Part shown: positions 62,378 to 64,000 of the stretch, piece after piece
Numbering within the stretch: position 1 is the stretch's first letter
How the letters are laid out: every line of letters begins with the position of its first letter
From: Chiloscyllium plagiosum
Lineage: Eukaryota
Direction: 5' to 3'
Length of the DNA stretch: 64,000 bases
Assembly: GCF_004010195.1 (NCBI RefSeq)
Contig: NC_057718.1
Span: 47,108,116 to 47,172,115, forward strand
Position numbers and translations under genes: made by a program
The notes under the pieces: generated by a model
What the model was told of the DNA's origin: nothing
The model's input: the letters and a program-made list of their open reading frames with translations, nothing else
Databases searched by the model: none

Positions 62378-62399
62378 CTTACCTATTTAGTTGGCATAG

Positions 62400-63200
62400 C
62401 TGTTTTTTCTATGTGAAATAGAGCTTTTCCCTTTCAGGGGTACAAACTGCTTGTGTATTGCATTAAATGTTTGTTTAAACATTCTCCATTTCTCAATTGT
62501 TTTATGAATTAGCAGATTTTCCTAGTTTTCTGTGACCAACTTGTCTCATGTTATTAAAGTCTGCTTTACCTAAATTTAAAATTCTAGTAGCTGACTCATG
62601 CTTTTCATTTTCAAACATATGTTATAATCATGATTTGATAAAAGTTCATACATAATTAGGTTACTAATTAAATCTGGCTCATTACGCATTATTAAATCCA
62701 ATATTGGTGGCCTCCCTGTTGCATTGAGGACATATTGCTATACGAAACTTACCCAGACACACTCCAGAAATTCATTACTTTTCTGACAACTACTTCTACC
62801 TCTCGCAATTTATGTTCAAGTCAAAATTCTCCATTATACTCCCATGGCTTTACTACACACTTGCCTAATTTCTGCATTTATATAATCTAGCACTTCAGAG
62901 CTGCTACCAAGGGGTCTGTACAAAACACTTATTACTGTTTTAGATCCTTTATTATTCCTCAGTTCCATTTATAAGGTCTCCACGGGATGCTTTCCCCTCA
63001 GTATAGCTTCCCACACCACAAGTGATTTTGTTTCTAATCAGTAAGGCTACTCCACTCTTCATGCAATTTTCCCTATCCGTCCTGTAAAACTACAGTCTGG
63101 CATATTTAGTTTCCAATTCTGACCATGCTGCAGCCATGTCTCAGTAACGGCTACTATGCTAAAATCTCCAATTTGAATTTGTCCTATAGCTTATTTATTC
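62400..63200 (-). mobile_element. Very old CR1 endonuclease-region fragment, continuing at ~60665-60830 on the other side of the PLE
   Basis: Decayed CR1-like sequence (e.g. cagccatgtctcagtaacggc = AVTETWL on the minus strand). Confidence 0.55.
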
Positions 63201-63469
63201 TTTACAGTTCACGCATTCATTTATAGAATTGTTACTGGGGCCATACACTCTGGCCTGTCAATTAGCACTGCTGTTTATTCACCTGTTTGTTATTTCTCTC
63301 TTCTGGTTTAATCAATATATAGTTTTACCATTTCCTGCTGTACCAGAAATAGGATTCCTGAATGTCTCTTTACTCTCTGACCTGTAACTTGTTTTCAAAA
63401 CTGTATTGACTTAACCTGAGAAGATCAAGAAGGTACAGTTTACTTTGTTACAAACAGACAAGATAACAT

Positions 63470-63990
63470 TTGTCACTTTGCTAAAAGCTGTTTCAATACA
63501 ATGGCAGGTGCTGAGGGTAACCTACTGAAGAATTCAAAGTTACTGAGTCTCTGAAAAGGAGGATTTATCAGGTGACAATATGCTTGAAGACTTTGAAGAG
63601 TAGGTGGACATTGGAGACGAGGTGATAGTTTGAATGATGGAGGAGTTGCTGGTTGTTTGTTTTTTTTTGAGAACAATAATGACGGCAGATTGGAAGGGAA
63701 GGGTAACAAATTGAGGAAAGAGAAACATTAAGAATTTCAGTTAATGTGATAATCAGAAAGGGAAGTTGGTTGATTAGCAACCATGTGGGAACAGAGTCAA
63801 GGGAGTAACAGGTTGGTATCATGGATAAAATAAGCTCAGAGAGGGCTGATGGAAAAGAAATCAGTGTAGAATGTAAGTTTAGAACTTGGAGCAAAGAGAG
63901 ACTTAAGAGGAATTTTGGACTGGTGGATGAAAGAAAGGGTGGCTAATAGCAGTAACAGTTGATTATATAGCCTCAATTTCATGACAAATA
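63470..63990 (-). mobile_element. Decayed L2 LINE RT N-terminal fragment
   Basis: SLDSVPTWLL...LTEILNVSLSS...SAVI...KK...SNYH.VSN, matching the LDP.P...L....I.N.SL..G...KK......NYRPISN pattern. Confidence 0.7.
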
Positions 63991-64000
63991 ATTCCATAAG

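Overview
Eukaryotic, repeat-dominated genomic DNA, almost certainly from a shark or other cartilaginous fish (HE1-type V-SINEs, HER1/CR1 LINE tails, Deu-domain SINEs); the species cannot be determined from the sequence alone. The only recognisable host gene is the 3' half of TATDN3 on the minus strand: five phase-compatible exons from 59483 down to the stop codon at 41386-41388, all missed or only grazed by the ORF track. The rest is a stack of retroelements. These include a near full-length decayed L1 (11.6-19.6 kb) containing a Gypsy LTR element with Gmr1-like domain order, which itself contains a CR1; a second Gypsy relic (25.9-28.5 kb); and many CR1/L2/SINE fragments. The most notable pattern is a dense set of Penelope-like element (PLE) derivatives from several families. 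They are asymmetric palindromes of 0.15-1.55 kb, usually with 12-15 bp target-site duplications, and several carry minimal hammerhead-ribozyme cores. A 1.55 kb copy links the short palindromes to a GIY-YIG-coding parent. Other structural oddities are a near-identical ~330 bp inverted repeat inside otherwise ancient CR1 copies just downstream of TATDN3, a perfect 150 bp inverted local duplication fused to a PLE tail, and an exact 100 bp tandem duplication. Repeat boundaries and family names come from reading by eye and recall, not from database searches.
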